Notes: generated by a model from the letters alone, not told the origin. Positions 19,332 to 29,874 are shown, counted from the first letter of the stretch. The stretch is 64,000 nucleotides of DNA from an uncultured bacterium (GCA_963749445.1 CAVVMJ010000003.1:128715-192714), one strand, 5' to 3'. Program-made: numbers and translations.

Positions 19332-20471
19332 CTATTGCTGCTGAACGGCGTTCGTCACCGGCGGGTACAGAGCCGCATCCGCCATATTAGGCGCGAACTC
19401 GCGCGGCAAAAACGTATATGCCGCGTTGGGTTGGGTAAAATCGAATGCCCACAGTTCGTTGCCACCTTCGTGATACGCGTCCCCTTGGGCATAAATCGAA
19501 ATATATGCCACGCCCTTGGAGACGAAGAAGGTATGTGGACCAAACTGCACGCCATTCAACATCCCACCTGTAAGCAACGGCACAGCGTTGACAAACGGCC
19601 CTTGCGGCCCAAGTGCCTGCTGTAGCTGGATGATCTGACCGGGAAAGGATGGTCCTGTGGAAACCGAGGGTAAACAGGGATCCGAGCAGGTCTGATTGTT
19701 GCCGCCCTGCACCACCGCGAGCAACACATAGACCTGATTCTTTTGGTCGTTTGTTGCTAACCCCACGGCGTTGCTAGTGGGCACGTGATAGTAAATCTGA
19801 GCCTGGCGACTGTTGGACTTGAGCAAAACCACATCCTGATTCACGATGTCGAGCGTGTACAGGTCGCCATTATTCAGATATATACCACTTGCGATGCCGT
19901 AACCGACAGAGCGCAAACCAGAACCACTTTGGGCATTAACCTGGTTCGTGTCCACAAACTGCTGGAGTACAAACGGGTTATTGATGCGCCCGAGGGTGAC
20001 AGAGTTGGAAGCCTGGGCTATCAAGGCATCAGCGAGACCAACCGTGGGATACTGATCGATGCTGCTGGCAAATCCCTGGCCGTTATCCTGAATGCGACTC
20101 AGGCCTTTGGAACTGAGGGCGAAAATCGTGCCCCCCAAGGCAATGCCGCACTTTTGGAAGTCCTGGCCCGGCAAATCGGTTACTATAGTCATGGAGTCAA
20201 CGCGCGTTTTCTGGCGCGCACCCCACACTGCCCGTAGCACGCCATCGTAACCGCACACTAAAACCACATCGCGGTCCGTGGGCAAGGTGAATGACTGAAC
20301 CAGCGGGGTGGCGACTTCGGCCTGTCTGCGAGCAGCATGCATTTTGTGCTCCGCCGGGTGCGAAGTCCAGACTCCGGCGTTGCGATTCCAGACTTCCATA
20401 CGGTCCTGGGCGAGAGCGCCAACGCATAGCAGCGCCAACGCAAGAACTACTGTCAAAGATCTTTTCGTCAT
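19332..20471 (-). CDS. Secreted hypothetical protein (signal peptide, beta-rich), part of a GC-rich island.
   Basis: MTKRSLTVVLALALLCVGALAQD signal peptide. GGAG SD upstream. Local GC about 55%. Confidence 0.5.
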   Translation of the reverse strand: MTKRSLTVVLALALLCVGALAQDRMEVWNRNAGVWTSHPAEHKMHAARRQAEVATPLVQSFTLPTDRDVVLVCGYDGVLRAVWGARQKTRVDSMTIVTDLPGQDFQKCGIALGGTIFALSSKGLSRIQDNGQGFASSIDQYPTVGLADALIAQASNSVTLGRINNPFVLQQFVDTNQVNAQSGSGLRSVGYGIASGIYLNNGDLYTLDIVNQDVVLLKSNSRQAQIYYHVPTSNAVGLATNDQKNQVYVLLAVVQGGNNQTCSDPCLPSVSTGPSFPGQIIQLQQALGPQGPFVNAVPLLTGGMLNGVQFGPHTFFVSKGVAYISIYAQGDAYHEGGNELWAFDFTQPNAAYTFLPREFAPNMADAALYPPVTNAVQQQ

Positions 20472-20813
20472 TGTTGAAACACTCCGTTTTGTCAAATTTG
20501 GTTGTCTCCCACCACTGGGTCTGGGGCAACTAGCTATATTGCCCCCGAAAAAATAAATGTCTACGGCTGGATCCAGGATATTTTTTGCGGCCCTCAATAA
20601 TCATCGGCACAAAAAATTCCGGGATGGACAGCATTAAGACATCCACTTTTCCGGGGACAAACTTCTTTTCTTCTCTTCTAAAATCCTCCTAAAACTTATA
20701 AAAGTACTAAAAATCGCATAACCCACAATTTGGGACTATGACGTATAATTATACACCAAATTGCTTATTTTGTCAAGAATATTATGCTCTTGAATTAGCC
20801 TAAATTAAATAAA

Positions 20814-20871
20814 ACCCGCTTATTCAGCGAGTCTTAATCTTTAAATCTTTCAATTTTCAATCTTTCAATCC
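20814..20871. repeat. Family-H direct repeat (copy H2).
   Basis: cgcttattcagcgagtcttaatctttaaatctttcaattttcaatctttcaat, matching 22604-22729. Confidence 0.6.
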
Positions 20872-20997
20872 CCGATAGACATAAGGAAAGCAGGCGACAC
20901 TGGAGTGAACGCCTGCCTATGCCTCCAAATATTGATGTTACCGGTCGGAGTCCGGCCAGCCTCCCGCTCGCGCAAAAGCAGGGGCTGTAGGGAAAAC

Positions 20998-22510
20998 CTA
21001 AGACTTCTTGCGGAATAGCCAGTGAACGGTAATACTACCGTTCTTCGTCCATGAAAACCGCAAATGTTTGGACCCGCGGCTCACCTCGCACCCCTCTGGA
21101 CTGAACGACGGCGCTTGATAGTACTTATGCGTATGGAGTGACGGGCGGTCCCATCCCTCTTCCGCCAAAATCCGCACATGGAGTATGACTAAGCGCCGTT
21201 CCTCGGAACCCAAATCATCAAGCGCCTCAAAAAAATGAGGGCTGTACTCGACAGAGCCGTCATCGTTCTGCCATCTATAACTGTCCGGCAGGGTAAGAGG
21301 CTCATCAGCTCCAAGGGAGGCAATATTATCACCATGTTGCCCGACGAAATCATCAAGGTTAGCGCTATTCGTTTCTTCCTCGTCGGTCAGCTGTGCCAGT
21401 TGTAAAGCCTTGTGCATCAGCCGCAGCGCTGTCTTGAAGTCCCCTGATTTTTTCGCGGCTTCTGCCGAAGCGCGCAAGGTTACTGCTTCCGGATCTAAAG
21501 CAAATCCTTGTTCGCGTGCCGCAAGCTGAAGCCTTAAATATTCCTGCTCACGCCAAACCAAACGTTCTTCCGCGCTTGGCTTTGCATAAGCACCGGTTAC
21601 AGGACAAACCTTTGACTCGACTGTAACACGAGCTACACGACACTTGACTCGAAGCCGATAAAGCCTGCGCTTGGAGTCCAACAATTTCTGCGTGGCTTCC
21701 TCGGCCAGCGCGGGGAGCGAGCCCAACGCGAAGCGAAGGAAAGAAAGGCATAAGCGCGTCTGTTTCCGCCGATCGTTCCAATTCCCCTGCGAATGCTTGG
21801 AACAGAACGAACCGGAAGAACCTAAAGTACAGTTGACGAAGAACGACAAAAACAGCTATTAGAAAACCCATACTTATCATCGCAACCATACTTGAATATC
21901 TAACAGCACTTTCGTCGCGGGAATGATTGGATTCTAATGCGGCACGTTTAGCCTGAAAAGCCTGCTCCGAAGCTGTGTGCATAGTCTCGATTAAGGCTTG
22001 AATTTGAGACTGTGACACATCCAGACCCTTAAGCTGCCACTGTCCCGGAGGCATTCCGCCAAAACTCAATTTAAGTTCATCCAATGCCCTCTGGTTACCA
22101 TCATAGGTTCCGTCCGTGTTCGCCGGAAAATCCAACATCGCCATAATTGAACGAGGGCGGGATCCGGTTCCACACATACCTTCAAACACCTGTGTGGAAG
22201 ATGTACGCCCAACGATGGTATCGGTTTCCTGACACAAAAAAACCTTAACGGTCTTCCGGTCAGGTTCAAGCGCCAACGTTCCGTAAAGCTTTGGAAACGC
22301 CGGTAGGCTCAAATTCTCCAACACCGCCAATCGAATAACCGGCTTGGGGCGGGGAACAGGCCGGGTGGCGAGCAACTGGCTCATCCAGCTATTGTAGCTG
22401 GACAGAGACTTGCTCGCCCCGGCCAACCACACTGTCGAAACGACAAGCACTACCGCAAAAAAACATAGCAGCAGCGCGCAAGCATTGCGCCATCTTCTTA
22501 TCTTTTCCAT
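20998..22510 (-). CDS. Two-TM membrane protein (periplasmic domain + cytoplasmic coiled-coil domain) that appears as two overlapping ORFs. Probably a single gene with a frameshift near 21850.
   Basis: The TM helices ALLLCFFAVVLVVSTVWLAG and MVAMISMGFLIAVFVVL are followed by junk-like sequence that overlaps the next ORF in another frame. A GGAGGA SD sits 5 nt before the start. GC about 55%. Confidence 0.45.
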
Positions 22511-22603
22511 CTCGTCCTCCGACGAATTTTAGATAAAAACCATCTCTTTCGAGACATACTATTATGCCTGAATTTAGTGCATTTGTAAAGACCTAAAATA
22601 CAA

Positions 22604-22729
22604 AAGCCTGCTTATTTAGCAGGCTTCAATCTTTCCCTCCTCCGCTTCACCCTTCGCTAAAGCTATGGGTGACAAGAAAGCTTCGGAGGGCAAGCAATCT
22701 TTCAATCATTCAATTTTCAATCTTTCAAT
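22604..22729. repeat. Family-H direct repeat (copy H1, with an internal hairpin insertion).
   Basis: ctgcttatttagcaggcttcaatcttt ... caatctttcaatcattcaattttcaatctttcaat. Confidence 0.6.
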
Positions 22730-22732
22730 TAC

Positions 22733-24388
22733 TTAGCCTTCCCCTGCAACTCTAAACACTTCCTCCACATCCGTCATCCCGTCCAGCGCTTTTAACAAAC
22801 CATCCTGCAGCATAGTAATCATCCCCTGCTTAATTCCCTCTGCCCTAAACTCCGACATTGGCGCTTCCTTCATTACCAGCTGCTGGATGGCGTCGGTGAC
22901 TTCCAAAATTTCATAAATGCCCACGCGGCCGAGGTAACCGAGATTGTGGCATTTATCGCAGCCCGGGCTGTGGTAAAATTGCAGCTCCTTCGGCAGGCTG
23001 ATGCCCGAAGTTTTGGGGATTTGTTTTAAAACGTACATGATTTTTTCCAAAACCGTGGGTGACAACGCGGTCTTGATTTTGCAACTCTGACAAATCCGAC
23101 GAACCAATCTTTGCGCCAGCACGGCCGAAAGCGCCGGGCCGATAATAAAAGGTTTGACGCCCATATTAATCAGGCGCGGAATGGCCCCGGCCGCATCGTT
23201 AGTGTGCAAAGTGGACAGCACCAAGTGCCCGGTCAGCGCGGCCTGGAGCGCCACCTCGGCGGTTTCCTGGTCGCGGATTTCGCCGACCATCACCACGTCC
23301 GGATCCTGCCTTAAAATCGCCCGCAGGCCTTTGGCAAAATCAAAATCCGCGGTGTGGTCAATGGGCGTTTGCACAATCCCTTCCAATTTATATTCCACCG
23401 GGTCTTCCAAAGTGATAATTTTGACGCCCGGCTGGTTAAGCTCGTTCAAAAACGCGTACAGCGACGTGGTCTTGCCGCTGCCCGTGGGGCCGGTGGTAAT
23501 TATCGCGCCGTTGGGCTTGTTTAAAATGCGGTGCAAAATATCCTGGTGCTGCGGCCGGAAACCCAAATCCGTCAAATGTAAATTTATAGCGCCGGTGCCG
23601 AGCAGACGCATCACGATTTCTTCACCGTAAGCGCTGGGCAGGACGGAGACGCGCACGTCAATAGGTTTTTTTAGATAAGAAAAGGTGATGCGCCCGTCCT
23701 GGGGCACGTTTTCCACGTTGAGTTTAAGTTTGGACAAAATTTTAATGCGAGTGACCAAGGACCGCTGCAAATCTTTGCTGATGTGCAGCATATCCTGCAG
23801 CACCCCGTCCACGCGGAAGCGCAATTTCACAAAATGCTCCTCCGGCTCCAAATGGATGTCGCTGGCTTTATAAAACACCGCGGCGCCGAACATGGTTTCC
23901 ATCAGCTGGGTGGCGGTTTTTTTCTTTTGCTCGTCTTCTTGCCCCAGCGCCTTGATCTCGGCAATAAAATCCCTCTGTGTGTCCACCCGCACCTCTTCCT
24001 CGTGGGCGGCCTTGGGCCGCATGACCTTACTATAAAACCTTAAAGTCTGAACCAGGCTTCTTTGGGATATCAAATACAGGCTGACCTTGTCGCCCTGCTT
24101 TTTGAATTCCGTAATTTTTTCCTGCAGCATAGGATGTTCCGGGTCGGTAACGCCAATGCGCAAATCCGTCAGCTCCTTATAGAACGGCAGGGCGCCCATT
24201 TCCTTGGCTTCTTCTTCGGTAAACAAACCGAGCACGTTTAAATCCACGGGGAAATTATGCAAATCAATGTAAGGCAAACCCTTCGATCCTGCCTTGGCTT
24301 TGGCTTCCTCTTCAGCCATCTGGCGATTGACGTCATCCAGGGTAGACTGCAATTCCTTAGGCGTACTGGCTAAAAAATGCTTGCTCAT
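22733..24388 (-). CDS. pilB: Type IV pilus/type II secretion assembly ATPase (PilB/GspE family).
   Basis: Walker A GPTGSGKTTS, and the C-terminal zinc-binding tetracysteine motif (CQSC...CDKC) typical of GspE-family ATPases. Confidence 0.85.
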   Translation of the reverse strand: MSKHFLASTPKELQSTLDDVNRQMAEEEAKAKAGSKGLPYIDLHNFPVDLNVLGLFTEEEAKEMGALPFYKELTDLRIGVTDPEHPMLQEKITEFKKQGDKVSLYLISQRSLVQTLRFYSKVMRPKAAHEEEVRVDTQRDFIAEIKALGQEDEQKKKTATQLMETMFGAAVFYKASDIHLEPEEHFVKLRFRVDGVLQDMLHISKDLQRSLVTRIKILSKLKLNVENVPQDGRITFSYLKKPIDVRVSVLPSAYGEEIVMRLLGTGAINLHLTDLGFRPQHQDILHRILNKPNGAIITTGPTGSGKTTSLYAFLNELNQPGVKIITLEDPVEYKLEGIVQTPIDHTADFDFAKGLRAILRQDPDVVMVGEIRDQETAEVALQAALTGHLVLSTLHTNDAAGAIPRLINMGVKPFIIGPALSAVLAQRLVRRICQSCKIKTALSPTVLEKIMYVLKQIPKTSGISLPKELQFYHSPGCDKCHNLGYLGRVGIYEILEVTDAIQQLVMKEAPMSEFRAEGIKQGMITMLQDGLLKALDGMTDVEEVFRVAGEG

Positions 24389-24447
24389 TTTTGTTTCTAA
24401 AAATTCTTAAAACCTTCAGGCTTTTATTATATCACTTTCCCCAAAAC

Positions 24448-25614
24448 TCAGACAGCCGACAAGGTGCCTTGCAGCGGATTTAAGCTGCCGAGCATCTGCT
24501 GTTCGGCTTCGGCCAGAGTTGTTTGCGAGGATATAAAACTAAAAATTTTATACTGCGGCAGTTCCAAAATCGGCTGGGCAGGTAATTTTAAATTATCGGC
24601 CAATTGCTCCAAAGGCAAGCTCAAATGCGCAGCTAAAAGCCCGCCGATGCCGCCGGAATTAGCTTCAAACAGAATCACGGCCAGCTTATAACCCCCAATA
24701 TTTTCCAAAAGCTCTTTTAAAGCCAAAATAACTTCCGCTTCCGAGCTTTCGGATTTTTCAAAATCCGTCCGGCTGATTACCGAATAAACCAAAGACAAAT
24801 CTTCTTGTGTTTTTAAGCGAGCCAACACCCGGCCCCACAACTTAAGCAGCGGCAGCGACTTGGTTTTATAAATGTTTTTGATGATTTCCTGCTGGCGGCC
24901 GCCAAAACCCACCAGGCGCGAAGCTTTCATAAAAGACTCGGGCGTGGTAAGGGCGTGCTGAAAACTATTGGTCTTGGTAATAATGCCGGTCAGCAGCGCT
25001 GTGGCAATGTCCTCATCAAGCAGATTCTGTTCAAACCGTTCCAATAGGCCCGCCAAAATTTCCGCGACCGACGTGGCGGTCACGTCAACCAAATTTATCG
25101 CTCCGTACAAATCATTGCCGGCTTTGTGGTCAATGTTGATTTTTGGCGTTTCGTAAAACAGGTCGGCATGGTCGTGGAAAAGGTTGCCTAAAGATTCCAG
25201 GCTCGGCGCGTCCAGCGTCACAATGACGTCTACGGGAAATTTTTCACTGAAAAAACTCACGTCGGCGGGCACAAAAGCCTCATCTTTTGATTTTAAATAA
25301 ATATTGACTTTGTCTTCCGTAGTTTGATAGCTAAGTTCTTCCAGTTTTTTCTGCAATATATCCAAACTGACAACCAGGCTTTTGCCTGCGGTGATGTCGG
25401 TTTTGATGGAATCGGACGCTGGCAAAAACCGCAAATTTTCGGCCCTTGAACCGCTGCTGGCCAAGTCCACGTCTTTTTGCATTTTTTGCAAAAACAACTT
25501 CAACGCCAAACCGCTGGCCACGGCATCCGCGGTCAGGTTTTGGGGCAAAGCGATTAAAACTTTATTAGCTTTGCGCAGCCGGTCAAAAATTTGTTCTTGC
25601 GTGGATAATTCCAT
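24448..25614 (-). CDS. DHH/DHHA1 family protein (NrnA-like), possibly catalytically degenerate.
   Basis: NIDHKAGNDLYG (DHH motif as IDHK) and ANSGGIGGLLAAH (GGGH as GGIG). Confidence 0.55.
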   Translation of the reverse strand: MELSTQEQIFDRLRKANKVLIALPQNLTADAVASGLALKLFLQKMQKDVDLASSGSRAENLRFLPASDSIKTDITAGKSLVVSLDILQKKLEELSYQTTEDKVNIYLKSKDEAFVPADVSFFSEKFPVDVIVTLDAPSLESLGNLFHDHADLFYETPKINIDHKAGNDLYGAINLVDVTATSVAEILAGLLERFEQNLLDEDIATALLTGIITKTNSFQHALTTPESFMKASRLVGFGGRQQEIIKNIYKTKSLPLLKLWGRVLARLKTQEDLSLVYSVISRTDFEKSESSEAEVILALKELLENIGGYKLAVILFEANSGGIGGLLAAHLSLPLEQLADNLKLPAQPILELPQYKIFSFISSQTTLAEAEQQMLGSLNPLQGTLSAV

Positions 25615-25639
25615 AAACGTCTCTACTAAATACGAGAGA

Positions 25640-25890
25640 GTCTAAAAGTACTAAACTTTAATGTCCAGCTTTAGTATTTTTAGGAAGTTTAGTATTTATA
25701 GGACTTACGCGCTTGGCCGAGTACGAGGCATTTTCCGAGGATTTTTGGAGGCGTAGTCCATCTACGACGACAAAAACCAAAGGAAAATAACGAAGTAATC
25801 GGCCAAGCCCCTGTGGTTTGAGGCAACAGTACATAGATTTTTATCCTTTTTGCCTCAAACGCGTAAGTCCTAATTTAGTAGAAAATCAGT
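25640..25890. other. Structured intergenic region with nested inverted repeats. Candidate ncRNA or palindromic element.
   Basis: aggacttacgcg...cgcgtaagtcct, ttggccgag...cggccaag, and tttgaggca...tgcctcaaa. Confidence 0.3.
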
Positions 25891-25948
25891 CCGATTGATC
25901 AGTATACCCGATTTTACGGCACTGGTCAATAAATGGTAAAATCCCTTT

Positions 25949-26353
25949 ATGGATCGTATCCAACACATCAAGCTTACCAATATAAAACCGACGGCTGACA
26001 AAATCACAAAACAGCTTAAAGGCGGGGAAGTTTTGGCGCTTATAGGCCCGCTCGGCAGCGGTAAAACCGCCTTTGCTAAGGCCTTGGGCAAACAGCTTAA
26101 AATCCGACACAAAATAACCAGCCCGACGTTTACCTTAATGCATGTTTTTGCCGGACGATTGAAAAAAAATAAGCCGGTTGTGATGTACCATTTGGATCTC
26201 TACCGCACCAAAAATTATGCCGAGGTCAAAGCTTTAGGCATTACCAAACTCTGGGGCAAACCGCAAACCATTACCCTGATTGAATGGGCGGATAAAATTA
26301 AAAAACACTTACCCAAAAAAACCATTTATTTATATTTTTCTCACGAGCATTGA
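25949..26353 (+). CDS. tsaE: tRNA threonylcarbamoyladenosine biosynthesis protein TsaE.
   Basis: LIGPLGSGKTAFAKAL P-loop, followed by SPTFTL. Confidence 0.75.
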   Translation: MDRIQHIKLTNIKPTADKITKQLKGGEVLALIGPLGSGKTAFAKALGKQLKIRHKITSPTFTLMHVFAGRLKKNKPVVMYHLDLYRTKNYAEVKALGITKLWGKPQTITLIEWADKIKKHLPKKTIYLYFSHEH

Positions 26354-26451
26354 TGGGCATCTTCAAGCAGCTATTAAAGATCGATCAATATTTATTATTC
26401 GACGAATCAACCGCCACTAACTAAACCATATTCTCGAAGATGCCCATCAAC
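26350..26451. promoter_or_regulatory. Long-range inverted repeat (16-bp stem, about 66-nt loop) between tsaE and the VanW-like gene.
   Basis: ttgatgggcatcttcaag ... tcgaagatgcccatcaac. Confidence 0.4.
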
Positions 26452-26461
26452 AGATAAATTC

Positions 26462-27694
26462 ATGAAAAAAACACCACTCATATTTTTTATACTCGCGCTC
26501 ATCGCGCTATCACAAAACGCGCAAGCCCAAACTCCTCCTCGAGGATTTGTTTATGATGGCAAAGAAATTACGCTGGCCGATAGCGACAAAATTTTTACCG
26601 TCAGCGCCCAAACTGTGGCGGGTTGGCAAGGACTAAGCCGGCGGCCAATAGCATCGCCTTTGGAACAAGCGCCGCCGGATTTAAAACAACAGTTGTCCAA
26701 TTCTTTTGGCCTGCCGTACAGCGCGCAAAACTCGGCTGTCATCACCTATCATTACGGTTTAGAAAAAATTTATAACTATTTACAAAGTTCGATAGCGACC
26801 GGCACGGACCAAAGCCTGATTGAGCCAAAATTAACCATCCAAAATAACCGCGCCACGGATTTTGCGGCCCCGCAAAACGGCCGGCGTTTGGATGTTTACC
26901 AAAGCACTTTGGATATTGCGGCAGCTTTGGAACAGCATAAAAATACAGCCGCCTTAACAGTTAATGAAACATTTCCCACCAAAACTTTGGCGCGGACTAA
27001 CAACCTGGGAATTAACGAATTGGTAGCTGAAGGGGTGTCCAATTTTAAGGGCAGTCCCAACAACCGCCGCCACAACATTGCCACCGGCATTGAAAAATTC
27101 AAAGGTTTGATAATTCCCCAAGGCGCGACTTTTAGTTTTGACGACGCTCTTGGCCCGGTCACGGCCGAGGCGGGATTTTTGCCCGAACTGGTAATCAAAG
27201 GCAGCGAGGGCACGATTCCCGAGTTAGGCGGCGGGCTGTGCCAGGTTTCCACCACCACTTTCCGAGCCGCGATGGACGGCGGCCTGCCGATTACGGATCG
27301 GCGCAACCACGCTTACGCCGTGCAGTACTATTCGCCGCAGGGCACGGACGCCACCATTTACCCTGGCTCCGCGGATTTAAAATTCATCAACGACACGCCG
27401 GGCGCAATTATGATTTGGCCGTATGAAAAAGACAACAACACTTTGGTATTTGATTTTTACGGCACCAAGGACGGCCGCCAAGTCACTTTGGACAAACCTG
27501 TAGTTTACGACCGCCAAACTGACGGCTCCATGAAAGCCACCTGGACACGGCATGTGATGAATAACGGCACAACCACTACCGTCACCTTTAAATCCGTCTA
27601 CCAATCCCCGGCCCTATTCCACAAAACCGAAACCTTTGTTTCCGCCACCGGCACCCAAACCAGCGGCTTGACACCGCCTGCGAAAGTTCAATAA
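26462..27694 (+). CDS. Secreted VanW-domain protein.
   Basis: Signal peptide; GGGLCQVSTTTFRAA (VanW core motif). Confidence 0.65.
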   Translation: MKKTPLIFFILALIALSQNAQAQTPPRGFVYDGKEITLADSDKIFTVSAQTVAGWQGLSRRPIASPLEQAPPDLKQQLSNSFGLPYSAQNSAVITYHYGLEKIYNYLQSSIATGTDQSLIEPKLTIQNNRATDFAAPQNGRRLDVYQSTLDIAAALEQHKNTAALTVNETFPTKTLARTNNLGINELVAEGVSNFKGSPNNRRHNIATGIEKFKGLIIPQGATFSFDDALGPVTAEAGFLPELVIKGSEGTIPELGGGLCQVSTTTFRAAMDGGLPITDRRNHAYAVQYYSPQGTDATIYPGSADLKFINDTPGAIMIWPYEKDNNTLVFDFYGTKDGRQVTLDKPVVYDRQTDGSMKATWTRHVMNNGTTTTVTFKSVYQSPALFHKTETFVSATGTQTSGLTPPAKVQ

Positions 27695-27802
27695 ACACCA
27701 CAAATATAGTAGAATACCTATGTGATACCGATATACGGATTCCGAACTGTCAATATTATCAGTATCATCCGCATTAATCAGCATATCAGTGCCTGATAAT
27801 TT

Positions 27803-28855
27803 ATGATCACTTCCAACAAAGACAAAACTGATATTTCCCCTCTGGATGCCGCTCTAGCGGAAGAAGAGGACAAAGGACTGGACCAGAATTTACGGCCGGC
27901 GGTTTTGGAGGACTATGTCGGGCAGGAATCGGTTAAGGAAAATTTGCGGGTGATAACGGGCGCGGCCAAACAGCGCGGCGAAATTTTGGAGCATCTGCTG
28001 TTTTACGGGCCGCCGGGTTTGGGCAAAACCACTCTGGCTTTTATTGTCGCGCGGCAAATGGGCGTCAACATCCGCGTCACCTCGGGTCCAGCCATTGAGC
28101 GCGCCGGCGATTTGGCTAGCCTTTTGACCAACCTAAACCAGGGCGATGTTTTGTTTATCGATGAAATTCATCGGTTAAACAAGGTCGTGGAAGAAGTTTT
28201 ATATCCGGCCATGGAAGATTTTGCCCTGGACATAATTTTGGGCAAAGGCCCGGGCGCGCGCTCCATTAGGATGGACCTTCCCAAATTCACGCTGATAGGC
28301 GCCACAACCCGCATTGGCTTGATATCCAGCCCCCTGCGCGACCGTTTTGGCGCCACTTTTCGCCTGGAGTATTACACGCCCGAGGAATTGGAAAAAATCA
28401 TTGCCCGCTCGGCTAAAATCTTAAAAGCCAACATCAACAAAGAAGCCGCAGCCGTTTTAGGCCGGCGGGCGCGATTTACTCCCCGCATCGCCAACCGGAT
28501 TTTAAAGCGCGTGCGCGATTTTGCGCAGGTTAACGGCCATGCTACAATAAACAAAGACGTGGTGGCTAAAGCTTTACAGTTACTGGAAATTGACGAACTG
28601 GGACTGGACAAAAATGATCGGCGGATTTTGGAAGCTTTGATTACCAAATTTGGCGGCAAACCGGTGGGGCTAAGCACACTGGCCGCGGCCACCGGGGAAG
28701 AAGAAGACACTATTACCGACGTGCATGAGCCATTTTTAATCCGCCTGGGACTGCTGTCCAAAACTCCCAAAGGCCGGCAGGCGACCGAAACAGCATATGC
28801 ACACTTGGGAATAAACCTCCCGATGAGCCAGCAAAAAACCCTACTTCAGTTATAA
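27803..28855 (+). CDS. ruvB: Holliday junction branch migration ATPase RuvB.
   Basis: DYVGQE, Walker [15 protein letters not shown], Walker B/sensor-I region [10 protein letters not shown]. Confidence 0.9.
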   Translation: MITSNKDKTDISPLDAALAEEEDKGLDQNLRPAVLEDYVGQESVKENLRVITGAAKQRGEILEHLLFYGPPGLGKTTLAFIVARQMGVNIRVTSGPAIERAGDLASLLTNLNQGDVLFIDEIHRLNKVVEEVLYPAMEDFALDIILGKGPGARSIRMDLPKFTLIGATTRIGLISSPLRDRFGATFRLEYYTPEELEKIIARSAKILKANINKEAAAVLGRRARFTPRIANRILKRVRDFAQVNGHATINKDVVAKALQLLEIDELGLDKNDRRILEALITKFGGKPVGLSTLAAATGEEEDTITDVHEPFLIRLGLLSKTPKGRQATETAYAHLGINLPMSQQKTLLQL

Positions 28856-28963
28856 GTTGTAGGTTATAGAAGCCAGTTTGGTCATAAGTTAATAGTTATA
28901 AGGCAGCCTTACAACTTACTGCCCACGACTATACTGGTTTCCATAACTTAAAACCTCCTACCC
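28838..28963. repeat. Family-F/G palindromic element (copy F1), overlapping the last codons of ruvB.
   Basis: ccctacttcagttataagttgtaggttatag...; related to copies at 29160, 48580 and 51541. Confidence 0.55.
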
Positions 28964-29176
28964 ATGAACCTAAACGACCCCACCAACCTACTCGTAGCCG
29001 GCATCTACTATTTAGGCGCCGGAGTCTTAAGCCTGTTTTCCATTTTTGGCGTTTACCTGCTTATGCGCTACGGCAAATCCACCTTGCTCTCCTTTACCGT
29101 GAGCGTTTTTTACATTTTTATTTTTCTCTCGATCCTTGGCAGCTCCTACCAATCTTTACAAACCCTACTTCAGTAG
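28964..29176 (+). CDS. Small two-TM membrane protein (hypothetical). Its 3' end lies in repeat F2.
   Basis: Hydrophobic 70-aa ORF bracketed by the F1 and F2 repeats. Confidence 0.35.
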   Translation: MNLNDPTNLLVAGIYYLGAGVLSLFSIFGVYLLMRYGKSTLLSFTVSVFYIFIFLSILGSSYQSLQTLLQ

Positions 29177-29292
29177 TAAGTTATAGGGTATGGCAGCCAG
29201 TACGGTTATATGTAGTTGGTTATCAGTGGCTTATAACCTACAACCTATTACGCCACCGGCCGCTACAACCAATAACCTATTACCCTACTAAA
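29160..29292. repeat. Family-F/G palindromic element (copy F2).
   Basis: ccctacttcagtagtaagttatagggtatggcagccagtacgg...ccaccggccgctacaacc...ataacctattac; shares blocks with G1. Confidence 0.6.
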
Positions 29293-29294
29293 TT

Positions 29295-29864
29295 ATGCCC
29301 TCATTCCGCAAACTTTTTCCCAGCCAGTTGGATGAAGAAACCGTGTTTTTGGTGGTACGCGAACATTGGTTTCACTTTTTCCTCAAAGTCGTGGTCTGGC
29401 TGTTTTTTGCCGCGATTTTGGTTATGTTCAATCACTATATGCCCCAGTACGTCCCTTTGATGTTTAGCGACCGCGCCGGTCAGGTAACGCATTTGTTTAC
29501 CCAGGTTTACACCCAGTTTTTAGCAGTCAGCCTGTTTTTGATTTTTATTTTTTATTACCTAACCATAGACGTCATCACGGACATCAGGATTGTGGACGTC
29601 ATCCAAGAAGGACTGTTTAACCACACGGTCTCCGAACTGCACATAGACAAAATTGAGGATGTCACCAGCAAAACCGCGGGCCTGTTCGGCACAATTTTTA
29701 ACTACGGCGATGTCTACGTGCAAACCGCCGGCACGGTGGAGCGGTTTGAATTTAATTCCGTGCCCAACCCGGGCGCCATTGAAAAAATGATTCTGGATCT
29801 CTACGAAAAAAACTCCAACTTTGTCAAAGACGCCCAGGCGGACAAACAATTATTATCACACTAA
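29295..29864 (+). CDS. Membrane protein with a bacterial PH-like (YdbS/YdbT-like) domain.
   Basis: Two N-terminal TM helices followed by a small beta-rich domain. Confidence 0.3.
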   Translation: MPSFRKLFPSQLDEETVFLVVREHWFHFFLKVVVWLFFAAILVMFNHYMPQYVPLMFSDRAGQVTHLFTQVYTQFLAVSLFLIFIFYYLTIDVITDIRIVDVIQEGLFNHTVSELHIDKIEDVTSKTAGLFGTIFNYGDVYVQTAGTVERFEFNSVPNPGAIEKMILDLYEKNSNFVKDAQADKQLLSH

Positions 29865-29874
29865 TTCTTCCGCT

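Noticed and set aside
21548-21849. Genuine overlapping genes in the GC-rich island
   Set aside because: The 300-nt overlap is in different frames, and both ORFs show junk-like low-complexity ends across the overlap. A single frameshifted gene is more likely than true overlap.
25640-25890. tmRNA / RNase P RNA / SRP RNA candidate
   Set aside because: None of the diagnostic motifs I can recall by eye is present (tmRNA tag-ORF with ANDENYALAA-like peptide, RNase P P4 GGAAAGUCCGG, SRP GGAA tetraloop domain). Left as an unclassified structured region.
28964-29176. Small ORF between the F1 and F2 repeats as an artefact
   Set aside because: Not fully rejected. It is kept at low confidence because it encodes two plausible TM helices, but its last codons are supplied by the repeat and could be fortuitous.
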